In this document: one piece after another, positions 1 through 16,384 of the stretch
Position numbering within the stretch: position 1 is the first letter of the stretch
How the letters are laid out: each line of letters begins with the position of its first letter
Assembly: GCA_951406725.2 (NCBI GenBank)
Contig: OX597819.1
Location: 99,262,001 to 99,326,000 of the forward strand
Origin: Octopus vulgaris
Lineage: Eukaryota
DNA length: 64,000 nucleotides
Direction: 5' to 3'
Program-made: the position numbers and the translations under genes
The notes under the pieces: generated by a model
Databases searched by the model: none
Seen by the model: only the letters and a program-made list of their open reading frames with translations
What the model was told of the DNA's origin: nothing

Positions 1-12
1 AGAGAGAGAGAA

Positions 13-57
<45 letters not shown>

Positions 58-764
58 AGTGTACAGCACAAACATTTTATGGTTATAAAAAAATCATTAT
101 TGTAGATTGTTCAGTCAAAAATTGCAGAACCGTCTTTCACGGACTACAAGAGACTACTACCATATGCTATTGTTGCCACCTTTGATGTTGCCTTTGTTTT
201 TGCTGTTGCTGTTGTTTTTGTCGATGTCATTGATGGTCGTGGGTTTGTTGCTGTCGTTGTCTGTAGTACCTGTCGATGTTTCTGTTGGCAAGTTCAGAAT
301 CAGCCTAAATCAAGTAGACCCGGGTTTAAAGGAACTCCAGCCTTGACCATATTACTCGTCTTACATATCCTGCGCTACATTACCCAGCATGTCTTTTTTC
401 TCTTACTTAAAGACGTTGTGACTCAGGGTGATTGTTGGTTGCAATTACTAGCAAGTCGAACGACCATGAGTTTTCCCTCATTCACTCATCTTCATATTAT
501 ATATTTAAGTATATATAATTGATTGTGTATATACGTGTATGTTGTTGTTTGGCCCGTGTTCAGTTCCTCATTCCAGTAAAGCAACGATTAAAAACATCTT
601 AATAGGGAGCACCTTCTTTTTATTCCTGATATAACGTATCTAGCTTGGTATTATCTTACTTGATCTGCCAGATTTTTAAAGAAAGCGATAATGTATAGTT
701 TTGGGGTGATATGGAGCCTGCTTGTGAGTGAATTTGGTAGGCATAAACTGGGCGAAAGCTCATT

Positions 765-815
<51 letters not shown>

Positions 816-816
<1 letters not shown>

Positions 817-1000
817 TTCGAAACGCAGAGTAGATGAAACAGGGACAACTGAAGAAGGGGGCTATTTCTTGTGCTGTATGTCTTGTTTCTCTGTTTTTTC
901 GTTGTTTGAAAAAAGTTCCTTTCTATGTTTTTGTTTTATGTTTTCATTTCTCATTGTGTTCAACGTTTTTTTTATGTCCTGTACCCATATATGCATGTAT
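816..1000 (+). repeat. Dispersed (TA)n-associated repeat; reverse copy at ~52750-52925
   Basis: GAAACAGGG.CA.CTGAAGAAGGGG followed by a GT-rich tract is shared by both copies. Confidence 0.75.
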
Positions 1001-1043
1001 ATATATATATACATATATGTGTGTGTGTATGTATTTATATATG

Positions 1044-1143
<100 letters not shown>

Positions 1144-1160
1144 TAAATACATAGACACAC

Positions 1161-1211
<51 letters not shown>

Positions 1212-3275
1212 TATAAATATTTGGTAAAGAAAAGATTCGCAGTTACTTTTGAGTTTTGGTTGCATAGCTTTAATCGGACTGTAAATTACTTTGGTTTACC
1301 AAAACTTATACATCGTTATCCGGCTGCAAGGTAGGTGTGATATAACAGTATATTTTGTGGTATATAAAAATCCGTCTTTATGGATGGTTTGATTGGTTGT
1401 GCGGAAAATATGAGTTTTAAATTGAAAAATGAGGAAGAGAAAGCGCTAATGATAAGAGCAAGATAACGAACACTTAAAACGTGAGAGATAAAAGGAAGGA
1501 CTAGTATGGAAACTATTTTTGTTACGAAAGGGATTATTGATTCTTTATATGTTAATGTATATATAGATATACCGTAGTTACTTGATATTTGATTTGTATA
1601 GGAGTGCCTGTCACAGACGGACCACAGGCAAGCTTCATTCAGTGATTTGTGTTAAGGTGCTTTGTTTAGTCTCATAATGTGGTTAACAATAATAAATCTA
1701 ATAATAACATGTAAACAATAAATAACACCTTTTTTGTCAGTCAGATAGTTTCTATATAGGTTTAGTTGTAATACCAGGAAAAGTGCTTCTAGTATCCCTT
1801 CCTTTTTACCTGTACACTTTAAGTGCTTGATTTCTTCCTCTCTTTCCTCTTTCCTTCCTCTACAACTCCTTATTCTAAAAGTCTCTGAAACCCTTATTCC
1901 CCTCTACACTATTGTATTATTCATTAAGACTTATTTATATAGCACAAAAATATACTGTGGTACTTTACAGTGAAATCGTTTCAGACCCACAAATGGCATT
2001 CCAACCCATTAAAATAAAAAACAAAAAGCAAACATACCCGTCAACGCAAGCGAGTGTTGTGGGGGCATGTACCATGCTCTTGGTTGCTGTTTTAGGTACC
2101 TGTGTGGTCACGAGCACACATAGGCACTGACCCAGCAGAGCATCGAACATGTGACAGCTGGAGGGTAGCACTAGAACTAAGCTGGTACTCAGCTGGTTCT
2201 CATTTTGAACCAAGGAACTGGAGCAAAGTGAAATGATGTACCCTACTCAAGGATTCTGACTAAGAATGTAAAAAGTAGTTACTAGATACCACAATGCGCT
2301 TTATCCGATGATTCGACTCATCGTATGTGTACGTATCTGTATGTGTGAGTGTGCGGATGCGTTTATGTGTGTGTTGGTACCGATTCTTTTATTCCTTTTA
2401 CTTTAACTCCTGGGTTAATCTGTTATTAACACTAATTGATGGAATTACTTTTGATCTTTGGATGTCAGGTATTCCTTTGTTCTTATCTTCATTTCATATG
2501 AACTCTTTGGTTCCGCGGTTGTGGGCTATTATATCTTTGACACATTTACATCTTTCATTCCTTCCTTTCTCAAAACGTTCGAAACCACATTACTAAACCA
2601 CGTTTCCAACAGCATATATCTTTTCATCGCTTCTTTAATCAATGATTTCAACCCATTTTCCAAAATTTTGGAGAAGATGTTCACTTAATTTATCGACAGC
2701 ATTTTCTAATTTACAGCGAACTCTCAAAGTCTAACGCCTAACAAGACATTGATGCATAGCTGTTATGCTTGTTCAACAGCTTTCAAGAAGTACTGGCAAT
2801 CAAGCGACCCTTGTCTAAGAGGTTCTAAAACACTTCCAATTCAACAATGCACGATTCAACAACATCACTGTCAGGTAAGGGAAGCATTTTTTAAAATCCG
2901 ATCTTGTAGTAATTACATTCTTTTTGAGATTTTTCCTGAAATGAAATAAATACCAGACATGCTTTGTTCGAGGCAGAAATTGCAGCTGGTAATTTAAGTT
3001 GTTGCAAGCTCTGTCTTTTTCTGATACCTCATACAATCGAATTGTTAGGAATTCTTCTGTGTCTTCAGGATTATAAGCATTTCTTCTGTTAGCTTGTGTG
3101 TATAATCCGAGTGTGGCAGCGACGACCGAAGCAATCTTCGCCTGTTTTCTCGTTGTTTCCTAAGCTCCCTTGTCTATACTCCCTCTCTCCCTCTCTCTTT
3201 CCCCACTTTTTTCTAAGCTCTTTTTCCTTTTGGACAAAGGTCAATCGGTATTCGATTCACTAAGGTCTTTAAGTA

Positions 3276-3365
<90 letters not shown>

Positions 3366-4050
3366 GTCGGCCTATCTCCCTGTCTCCCTGTCTGTCTTTC
3401 TTTTCTATCTATTTATTTCACATACACACATATATAAATACGTGCATTTATACATATATGTATGCATACATACATATATGCATGCATGCATGCATACATA
3501 CATACATACACACGTGCACACACACACACACATATATATAGTCAACAGATGAGATCGAGAGAATCTCAATATCAAAAACACTTAGTAGAACCAATGATTT
3601 GAACTTACACTCCAATATCTTTACCGAGGATCATATCAGGAGAGAAGGGAGTAGCTATATGGAGAATCTAAGTGAGTAAATATAGAGACAATGAATCAAA
3701 TAAACAGATAAAATCTTGGGCTAAAATATTCAAAATGTATATACAAGTATACATGTAAAGAGAGAAGGCAAACATAAAATTTCCAGATGTATATATATAT
3801 GTATATATATGGTGGTTATCTACTCCTTATGCAGAGTTTGACCACCTTCTGTACCTACACCTTAAAAGCATCAGGGCATCTGATGAGTGGCTTTTTAAAC
3901 CGGACAATGTTTTGAAATGACACCCACATAGATCGCATATCCGATTTGGACCACCAAGAGCTGCAGATAAGTTCTAATCATTGTGGATCTTAAAATGGCC
4001 TCCGTTAGATTTACAACCCTTCTGGCTTACATTGCACTGAAAGGTGTGCA

Positions 4051-5343
<1,293 letters not shown>

Positions 5344-5750
5344 TATACATACATACATACATACATACATACATACATACATACATACATACATACTGTA
5401 CATACATACATACATACATACTTACATACATACAAGATTGCGAAAGAAATAGCAGCTAATCAAGTGCTTTTTAGCACTAAGATCGAAATCATGATACCAG
5501 GTTAACTGCCATTCCTTTTGCAATCTTGCAGAGGTAAGAGACAATTCTTATTCATTTAGATTTTTTTCCCAATGCCTGTAAAAATTGAGTGATAATTTCT
5601 GTGGCTTCGGAGTTTCTATGACCCCTATTTTTAGCAAAGCTGGTGCTTCTTAGAACCCAAATTATATATATTTTCATATATATTTATTAATTTTCCTATA
5701 TGGTTTTTATGCTTGCGGCCACTAATACAGTAATATTATTATTTCTTATA

Positions 5751-5871
<121 letters not shown>

Positions 5872-6241
5872 TATAGCAAACTTTCTCAGATTACATAGAT
5901 TCAAAGAATTAGAGGGTAGAATGCGTTACAAGTCTGATAGCTGTTTCTGAGTGCTCGAAGTTACTTCATAATGTTGGCAGATTTAATTTATTAAAAATTT
6001 TCAGCCAGTAATGGAATCAAATAAACATTGGTAAATTTGTTCAATTTTCGGTTCTCCTGTACAATAATAATATTGGCCACCCTCTTCCTTAAATTTAACA
6101 CACCTTGATACAGTAAACACGCGTGCATAAAATCGCTACCTTGTGCAGTCTGAGCAATTCTCACACCCTACTCTACAACAATAATAATCTTTTCAAGTAA
6201 TGTGTGTTCACAACACATTCGATTCATTGTTGTAAGGGACA

Positions 6242-6840
6242 TTTGAGACACCGGTGTTTTGACTTTGTTGTCTCTTCAATCAAAAGACACGATAACTATT
6301 CATTTATGGGATAATGAAGCAATAGATTTTTATGATTTAATAAATTATCACGTGCACAGAGAAGAGCGAGAATCAAAACGATGACTTACACTTTCATTCT
6401 TAATACGTTCCGGCAGATTTGAACGTGAATGGTTAATCGCTGATGTATTAGTCTTCGGTAAACATCTCCTTTTAGACAATGCGCGTTGACAACACACTTG
6501 ATTTATTGGTACAAGGGATATTAGTGTTTCGACCTAGTTCTGTCACTCCAGTCAATACTATCATCGAATCAAAGAAACTAAACAAGAATGGTAGCTCTTG
6601 TTTATAGAGTTCAGCAAACAAATTAATTTTGATGCGTACTGATGTCTGTCAAACAAATAATAAATTGCCATGTGCACAGAAAAAAACGAGATTCAAAATG
6701 CTGTCATGTATATATTGATTCTTAATACATTAATACAAATTTAAAAGTGAATATAATTAACCCCTGTTGTTTTGACTTATTTGTGACTCTTCAGTCAAAG
6801 CTACCGACAGATCAATGAAACGAAACAAGAATGATGACAC
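6242..6840 (-). repeat. Old diverged tandem repeat with three degenerate minimal hammerheads (6242-6284, 6515-6555, 6761-6799)
   Basis: First copy reads UUUGA-[U]UGAAGA-GAC-AACAAA-GUC-[A]AAAC-ACCGGU-GUC-UCAAA. Blocks TAAATT..GTGCACAGA (~6341, ~6661) and GAAAC.AAACAAGAATG are repeated. Confidence 0.65.
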
Positions 6841-7007
6841 TTTTATATTAAAACGTTATTCAAATATTTGAAATGTTAGTCAACACGAATATTATAATAA
6901 ATTCTATTCTGTTTCCAATATTGAGTCATCCCATGAATAAATGTTCCGTTCTTTGTCTCAAAGTAACTTTAAGATAATAACATCAGTTAAATATATAACT
7001 ATATATA

Positions 7008-7222
7008 AGGGCGTCGATCTGTCAGAATCGTTAACACGCCGGGCAAAATGCTTAGCGGCATTTCGTCCGTCTTTAAATTCTGAGTTGAAATTCCACTGTG
7101 GTCGACTTTGCCTTAAATCTATTCGCTGTCAATAAAATAAGTACCAGTTGAGCTCTGGGGTCGATGTAATCGACCTACCCGCTCCTCCGAAATTGTTGTT
7201 CATGTGCCAAAATTTCAAGTCA
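7008..7222 (+). mobile_element. SINE with GGTCGACTTTGCC...AAGTACCAG central domain
   Basis: Same family occurs at 14827-15240 (+), 49495-49650 (+), and on - at ~10400-10610, 10770-10985, 12590-13000, 55730-55935, 59325-59495 and 60205-60450. Confidence 0.75.
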
Positions 7223-7529
7223 ATATATAACTATATATTACATGCTAGATAAACTCTATAATGTGTCCTAGATACTCACTATGTTATAAAGAGGTTATAT
7301 ATACGATTGTGTATGCATATGCGTGTGTGAGTCGTTTGTCACCAAGTAGTCGCTAATTGTCTTTGGAAGTGAAGATAATGTCAATAAATCCCAAATTTAT
7401 CATGTACGGTGTTTATTATACTTGTATTTGCCTTTATGTTTAACTGTACATGCCAACGGCCGTTCTGAGTAGTTTCTTTCAGCTCATTTTCTTACAACAA
7501 TATAAACATAAACTGTACGTGATTGTAGG

Positions 7530-7715
7530 AACAGCGTGAAATAGAAGCTAAATCTCTCCTACATCACAACCCACCGTTTTTAACAGATAAGAGATGTTAG
7601 ATAATGTATCTTAGATACTCAAGTCTGAAAAATGATTAGAATACAACGGATGGAATGTTGTTTATCTAACGTTCACTGCACAAGAGTATGAGGTCTGCCT
7701 TGGAGCTAACACAAC
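7530..7715 (+). repeat. Ancient dispersed repeat family (also ~48420-48600, 48930-49100, 57515-57650; reverse ~560-720, 56440-56640, 63660-63900)
   Basis: Shared GAAATAGCAGCTAAAT...CAC..TAC..T.TTAAAA...GATAATGT...TAGATA skeleton, recognised by eye. Confidence 0.5.
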
Positions 7716-7857
7716 GCACAACCACCACCACCACCACCAGCACCCCCACTACTACTACTGCTACTACTGCTACTACTACCACCACAACCACCACCACCAG
7801 CACCACCACTACTACTGCAACTACTACAACCCCATGTTCACAACCATCACAACCACG

Positions 7858-7891
<34 letters not shown>

Positions 7892-8230
7892 ATACTACTA
7901 CTACTACTAACAACAACAACAACAGCAACAGCAACAACAATTTAACAACAATTGCAATAACGGTAGCAACAACAATAACCACAACAACAGCAGTAGCAGC
8001 AGCAGCAGTGACATTCTTTATCATCTTAGTGACAGATAATCAAGCTTTTGTAAAGTTTTTGTGGCTTCAGACAAAATTGAAGAAAACATTTGACACTTTC
8101 AAAATTCTGTTTTTGTCGTTGTTGTGGTGTTTGTTACCATCGTTATCACTGTCCAAAATCACTGTTGTTTCGATCCAGTTCAGCTTTCATTGAACACAAC
8201 AATGGTATTTTGTTAAAGTTATTTCTATAG

Positions 8231-8310
8231 GTCTATAGAACTTATAGTCTGCACTTTTCATATCGACACATCAGATGTAAACGGACAATGTGACCGCGGA
8301 AAAAAACTGG
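8231..8310 (+). CDS. Probable internal exon of the Ly6-like gene (SIELIVCTFHIDTSDVNGQCDRGKKL)
   Basis: TTTCTATAG| acceptor and G|GTAATG donor (phase 1). Phase-compatible with 8486-8514. Confidence 0.5.
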
Positions 8311-8485
8311 GTAATGAGTGTGTACGCCATATTTCGAAAGTTGTTGCCCTTTTTTCAGCACTCCTCTAACCCACTGTTGCATCCTACAATTCTTTAATGT
8401 TTACATGTCAGCCCTAGGAATGCGTCTAATATGTAAATTGGTATGTCCATTAACTTAGCACTGCTGTATGCTGTGGCTATTTAAG

Positions 8486-8514
8486 CAATGTGTTCGGAGG
8501 CAATAGTGTGTCAG
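8486..8514 (+). CDS. Probable 29-nt micro-exon of the Ly6-like gene ([10 protein letters not shown])
   Basis: TTTAAG| acceptor and CAG|GTCAGT donor. Phase 1 in, phase 0 out; joins in frame to VKTSS at 14190 and restores the C...C-x-x-K spacing. Confidence 0.55.
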
Positions 8515-8613
8515 GTCAGTGCTTGAAGCACTCGATTTTTTTTCTTGCTTTTTACCCAATATTTAGATGTAGCTTCAACTGCTTCAAAATTTGCCGTTAC
8601 CAAAAAGAATCAC

Positions 8614-8724
<111 letters not shown>

Positions 8725-9220
8725 ACAAGATAAGGGCAAAAGAAAAATTCTAATGCCAAATATGCCGAAAAAAAGACAAAAATTGTCAATAACCATTATA
8801 ATTTATGCGTCGCGAAACAAACCGATACAAATTTCTTAAAAAATCCGTTATTATCGTATTGGTCCCAATTTCGGGGTTAATTCATAAGAATTTTTCCCTC
8901 TTCAGCGATAAATACGTGAGATATAAGTGAAATACTTACTCATACGCATGGAAAAAGCAAGCACTAAATCCTGAGCACCCCAAATATATCCAAAATAGAA
9001 AATCTTCGGCACATCTCGAGACACGTGTGATTCGAACTAGAAACTTTCACAGAGTGAGAGAATCCGGAAGTGAACACTATTCAATTTATAACTAATGTAG
9101 GATAAAATTTTTTTCGGGAAAAAATTCTTTTTTTTCCCGAAAAATTTTTTATCCTACATTAGTTATATATATATATATAACTAATGTAGGATAAAATTTT
9201 TTTCGGGAAAATTTTTTTAC

Positions 9221-9280
<60 letters not shown>

Positions 9281-9306
9281 GTGCGTGTGTATGTGTGTGT
9301 GTGTGT

Positions 9307-9548
9307 GGAGGCGCGTGGCTTAGTGGATAGGGTGTCAGTACCATGATCGTAAGATTGTGGTTTCGATTCCTGGACCGGGCGACGCGTTGTGTTCTTGAGC
9401 AAAACATTTCATTTCACGTTGCTCCAGTCCACTCAGCTGCAAAAATGAGTAACGCTGCGATGGACTGGCGTCCCGTCCAACTGGAGAACACATACGCCAT
9501 AGAAACCGGGAAACCGGACCCATGAGCCTGGCTAGGCTTTAAAAGGGC
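9307..9548 (+). mobile_element. tRNA-derived SINE
   Basis: A box TGGCTTAGTGG, B box GTTTCGATTCC, and a V-domain-like GCGATGGACTGGCGTCCCGTCCA. Confidence 0.85.
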
Positions 9549-9614
9549 TCCTTTGTTTATTATATATATATATATATATATACATACATATATGTGTGTG
9601 TGTATGTATATATT

Positions 9615-9660
<46 letters not shown>

Positions 9661-9820
9661 CACACACGCACACAGCATTTTTTTTGTGTGTACATCTTTT
9701 TGTGTGTAAGCAGGGATATGTTAGTGTGTATGTGTTAGCATACGTGTGAATGTGAGTGAAAATAGTTTTCTTAAACTTGGAATTCGGACTGTCTCTTCCA
9801 TTATTCTAATATTCTCTAGT

Positions 9821-10141
9821 GAGGGCGCGTGGCTTAGTGGTTAGGGCATTCGGCTCATGATCGTAAGGTTGTGAGTTCGATTCCCGGCGACGCGTTGTGT
9901 CGTTGAGCAAGACACTTTATTTCACGTTGCTCCAGTCTACTCAGCTGGCAAAAATGAGTTGTACTTGTATTTCAAAGGGTCAGCCTTGTCACTCTCTGTG
10001 TCACGCTGATTATCCCCGAGAACTACGTTAAGGGTACACGTGTCTGTGGAATGCTCAGCCATTTGCACGTTAATTTCACGAGCAAGCTGTTCCGTTGATC
10101 GTATCAGCTGGGACCCTCGTCGTCGTAACCGGCGGAGTCTT
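9821..10141 (+). mobile_element. tRNA-derived SINE
   Basis: A and B boxes present; 3' half is shared with 16776-16955 (reverse). Confidence 0.85.
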
Positions 10142-10645
10142 TTAAAGTCTTTAAATATTCTCTAACATTCTATCTCCCTTTCGTTATTTGCTTTTCTTTC
10201 TTTATTTTCCTTCCTGATTTTTCTCCCTCTTTTACTCCTCCCTCATTTTTGTTCGCCTATCAATTTTCATTCCATCTCACCTTAACATCTTATGTTTCCA
10301 TTCTCCTCATCATCTCTGAAGCTACTTATTTCTACCTTCTGTCTTCCTTCTACCTACGATTACACTATAACAGAATAGAAATGAAATAAGGTATTATAAC
10401 TGATAGGTTCTAATTTAGACACAACGTCAGCAGATGTGAGAGGAGGTAATGACCGATTATATTGACCGAATACATGACTTTTAATTTGTGTTATCGAATC
10501 GGGAAAAATGAAAAGCAAAGTCGACCTCGACATAATTTGAACAAAGTAAAGTATCGTAACTAAGTACCACAAGTCTTATTCTCTGACGCTCTAAAAATTT
10601 TACCAATCCACACTGCAAAATAGCAAAAACAGTTACAGCAGCAGC

Positions 10646-10678
<33 letters not shown>

Positions 10679-10987
10679 AAGAAGAAGAAGAAGAAGAAGA
10701 AGAAGAAGAAGAAGAACAACAACAACAACAACAACAACAACGTCATCATCAACATCAACAATTGTAATAATTCCTTCTGCTGTAGGTACAAGACTTCTTG
10801 GAATTTTTTGGGAAGTTTTTATAGCTTACATCAACACCAGTGCTTAACTGGTGCTTATTTTATTGGCCCCGAAAGGATTAAAGGTAAATCAACCTCGGCG
10901 GAATTTCAACTTAGAAGTCATAGGCAGAAAAAATGTCGCTAAGCATTTTGTCCGACATGTTAACGGTTCTGCCAGCTCGTCACTTTG

Positions 10988-11038
<51 letters not shown>

Positions 11039-11039
11039 T

Positions 11040-12526
<1,487 letters not shown>

Positions 12527-13178
12527 GAAGAAGAAGAAGAAGAAGAAGAAGAACAACAACAACAACAACAAAGACGTAATGATCTGACTCAGATACAAGG
12601 CCAGTAATTTTAACGGGAAAAAGTTAGTCGATACCATCAACAGAGCATTTGATTACCACATGTTATATCAACCGCGGAAGGATGAACGGCAAAGCGGAGC
12701 TCGACAGTACTTGAATAGAATATAAAGAACCCGGACAGATACCCCAAGGCGTTTCTTCCGACGCTCTAATAATTCTGACAGCTCGTCGCCTTTAAAGGCT
12801 TCTGATTTAGGCACATGGTCAGCAATTTTAATGGGAAGGTGTTAGTCGATATCATCGACCTCAGTACTGATCTGGAACTTTATTTTATCGACCCGAAAAG
12901 AAGGAAACGCAAAGTTGATCCTGGTGGGATTTGAACTAAATACTGCAGAGCATATTTTTCCCTGACGTTCAACCAATTTGACCAACTGATTGCCTTTGTT
13001 AATAATCATAATAATATATAAAATGTTTAAGCAATCAATTTCACGTGGAATACTTTGTACTGGATCTTACCTTTGCTGAAGTGAAATCAAAAATACTAAA
13101 TAATTAATCATAATTTGATCTATATTGCTTAGAACGTTTAACACCGGCTAATAACTATTGAATGCTATCGATTAGACT

Positions 13179-13179
<1 letters not shown>

Positions 13180-13219
<40 letters not shown>

Positions 13220-13299
13220 TGATGATGATGATGATGATGATAATAATGATAATAATAATAATGATAATAATAATAATAATAATGATAATAATGATGATG

Positions 13300-13363
<64 letters not shown>

Positions 13364-13567
13364 TAATAATAATAAATAGCAATAATGATAATAATAATTT
13401 CTAACTTAGGCATTATGCTAGCAATTTTAAGGGGAGGAGGTTAATCGCTGCTATCGACTCTAGTACTTGTTTAATTTTATCGACTCTTCTGAGGTTAACT
13501 TGTAGTCGATTCAATCAAATATAGCTGCTCTTTTTTAAATATTAAATTCTGATTCAGCGAAACTAGA

Positions 13568-13659
<92 letters not shown>

Positions 13660-13696
13660 TAATAATATTAATAATAATAATAATAATGATAATAAT

Positions 13697-13746
<50 letters not shown>

Positions 13747-13826
13747 TGATGATGATGATGATGATGATAATAATGATAATAATAATAATGATAATAATAA
13801 TAATAATAATGATAATAATGATGATG

Positions 13827-13881
<55 letters not shown>

Positions 13882-14004
13882 TAATAATAATAAATAGCAA
13901 TAATGATAATAATAATTTCTAACTTAGGCATTATGCTAGCAATTTTAAGGGGAGGGGAGGTTAATCGCTGCTATCGACTCTAGTACTTGTTTAATTTTAT
14001 CGAC
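13180..14004. repeat. Tandem duplication of (AAT/GAT)n plus a SINE fragment
   Basis: 13180-13485 is repeated at ~13700-14004 with the same GAT pattern. Confidence 0.85.
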
Positions 14005-14189
14005 CTCGGAGCGATAAAAAGCATAGTGACTCAGAGCGTAAAAATTCGAAACAACCAACGTATTTTGAATAAATAAATTAATGGTTACTTTTTCAGTTAA
14101 TAAAAGTTTCTTGGTCATTGCTCTTATTTTTATTTAAGTTTTTTTAATTAACTTTAAAAAAAAATTAAATTGCATAAACTATATTTCAG

Positions 14190-14429
14190 GTGAAGACGAG
14201 CAGTATGTTTAAGAGGATTACGAAAATAACTCGTGAATGTATCGACAGCTGTATACCTGGATGTAAAAGGTACCTCTTTGGTGTATTAAAAGTGGACTGT
14301 ACCATGTGCTGTAACGCAACTAACTGTAATTATGGAAACAATGGGGAGAGACTCAGGATTCCTGTGACACACATTTTATGTGTCGTTATAGTTTCAATGG
14401 TAACAAACTATCGAATGTTGAGGACTTAA
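14190..14429 (+). CDS. Terminal exon of a Ly6/uPAR three-finger (quiver/sleepless-like) GPI-anchored protein
   Basis: Acceptor TATTTCAG|GTG. Peptide ITRECIDSCIPGC...CTMCCNATNCN followed by a hydrophobic tail and stop; AATAAA at ~14500 and ~14566. Confidence 0.85.
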   Translation: MKTSSMFKRITKITRECIDSCIPGCKRYLFGVLKVDCTMCCNATNCNYGNNGERLRIPVTHILCVVIVSMVTNYRMLRT

Positions 14430-14826
14430 AATTAATATATATATTTATATATATAAATACTATAAAATTAATGTAATTGCAGACATTGATTTGATGATGA
14501 ATAAATTGTTTTCTAACTTAATATTATGATTGGAATTAATAATTGTGGAATACAAGAAGTGTCAAATAAATACCACATGATATTTAGATTGCACTCTAAA
14601 TTTAATATTCAAATCTGGTCAAGTTTTATTTACTTGTCATTCTAGCAGTTATAGACTGAAATAACACCTAGTCATTCATATTTGTTGGGTGTGGTTATTT
14701 TAGCAAGCTGATCCGTCCACACATCCGGCTCGGCAATGACACGCCGGTCCCCCGCCATTCTGGGTCTACCGGTCACTCTTTGCAACACCTGTCCATGAAA
14801 AATGAAACTAAACACACACGCATATA

Positions 14827-15240
14827 AGGCGGCGAGCTGGCAGAAACGTTAGCGTACCGGGCGAAATGCTTATCGGTATTTCGTCTGCCGTTACGTACTG
14901 AGTTCAAATTCCGCCGAGGTCGACTTTGCCTTTCATCATTTCGGGGTCGATAAATTCAGTACCAGTTAGGCACTGGGGTCGATGTAATCGACTTAATACC
15001 TATGTCTGTCCTTGTTTGTCCCCTATATGTTTAGCCCCTTGTGGGTAATAAAGAAATAGGTATTTCATCTGTCGTTACGTTCTGAGTTCAAATTCCGCCG
15101 AGGTCGACTTTGCCTTTCATCCTTTCGGGGTCGATAAATAAAGTACCAGTTTCGCACTGGGCTCGATGTAATCGACTTAATCCTTTTGTCTGTCCTTGTT
15201 TGTCCCCTCTATATTTAGCCCCTTGTGGGCAGTAAAGAAA
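14827..15240 (+). mobile_element. SINE with internal tandem duplication
   Basis: ~14876-15058 is repeated at ~15059-15240. Confidence 0.85.
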
Positions 15241-15299
15241 TATATATATATATATATATATATGTAGAAGGTATATACATACATACACACGTACACACA

Positions 15300-15384
<85 letters not shown>

Positions 15385-15386
<2 letters not shown>

Positions 15387-15693
15387 AGGCACAATGGCCC
15401 AGTGGTTAGGGCAGCGGACTCGCGGTCGTAGGTTCGCGGTTTCGATTCCCAGACCGGGCGTTATGAGTGTTTATTGAGCGAAAACACCTAAAGCTCCACG
15501 ATGTTCCGGCAGGGGTGGTGGCGATCCCTGATGTACTCTTTCGCCACAACTTTCTCTCATTCTTTCTTCTGTTGGCCTGCTCGCTTAGCCAGCGGGGTGG
15601 CGTCATTTGAAGGCTAAAACAATGCGAAGTGCATTGTGACCAGCGATGTGTAGCAACATCTGATAGCCTGGTCGGTCACGGTGATCACGGTGA
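15385..15693 (+). mobile_element. tRNA-derived SINE
   Basis: TGGCCCAGTGG and GTTTCGATTCC boxes; reverse copy at 20803-21092. Confidence 0.85.
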
Positions 15694-15715
15694 TATTTAT
15701 ATATATGTATTTAGA

Positions 15716-15746
<31 letters not shown>

Positions 15747-15762
15747 ATGTATGTATATATGT

Positions 15763-16380
15763 ATATCAGAAACAAGTTTAAAATAATGGTCATTACATAT
15801 GATTCCATTATATGAGCAAATTTGGCTTACAACTGTTTCCAGTAGTCATTATAGGCACACTACTGGTAGATTCATGCAACTGGTCTATAGATAAACTGAG
15901 GCAAATTGAACGACCTAGGAAGATTAAGGCTACTTTCGTCAGAGCTATTTCTGGATATAGCAAGCAGAGTACTTTCTCCAATGCTCTGCTTGTATAGCCA
16001 GAAATGGCTCTGACGAAAGTAGCCTTAATATTCTTAGGTCATTCAATATGTCTCAATTGATCAATAAACCGATTAAGTAAAGCTATCAATAATGTACTTA
16101 TAATGACTACTGGAAACAGCTGTAAGCCAAATTTGCTCAAATAAAGGAATTATATGTGATGACCATTATTTTTAACTTGTTTCTTATATATCATTCTGTT
16201 TAAAAACTAGTTTCGCTGGAGCCCATCCATGGATTTACAACATAGAATTGTGATGAACCATAACCTGGGACCCTACCGAAGATTACTTGGTATTTTTCTC
16301 TAGTCTAACCAATATTGTTACCCTGGTGTGCCAACAGAGGGCTTATGAAATATTTTGCCCGATTTAATAAGCCCTCACTA
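15763..16380. mobile_element. Family C fold-back element (inverted arms ~15763-15970 and ~15984-16192, with a right-hand extension)
   Basis: Arms are imperfect reverse complements around the central hairpin CAAGCAGAG...CTCTGCTTG. Flanked by TA/TG microsatellite. Confidence 0.85.
16005..16129 (+). ncRNA. Type I hammerhead ribozyme with a ~96-nt stem II region, family C (mirror copy 15823-15947 on -)
   Basis: UGGCU-CUGACGA-AAGUAG...CUACUG-GAAAC-AGCU-GUA^-AGCCA. Stem I UGGCU/AGCCA, stem II AGUAG/CUACU, palindromic stem III. Confidence 0.75.
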
Positions 16381-16384
16381 TATA

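Noticed and set aside
836-862. GAAAC...CTGAAGA as a permuted hammerhead (also ~52885-52912)
   Set aside because: Only 8 nt between the motifs; no room for stems III and I.
2380-3130. Possible decayed Penelope-like ORF on the minus strand
   Set aside because: Only vague similarity; no RT or GIY-YIG motif readable.
3875-3940. CTGATGA...GAAAT hammerhead candidate
   Set aside because: Stems I and II do not pair convincingly.
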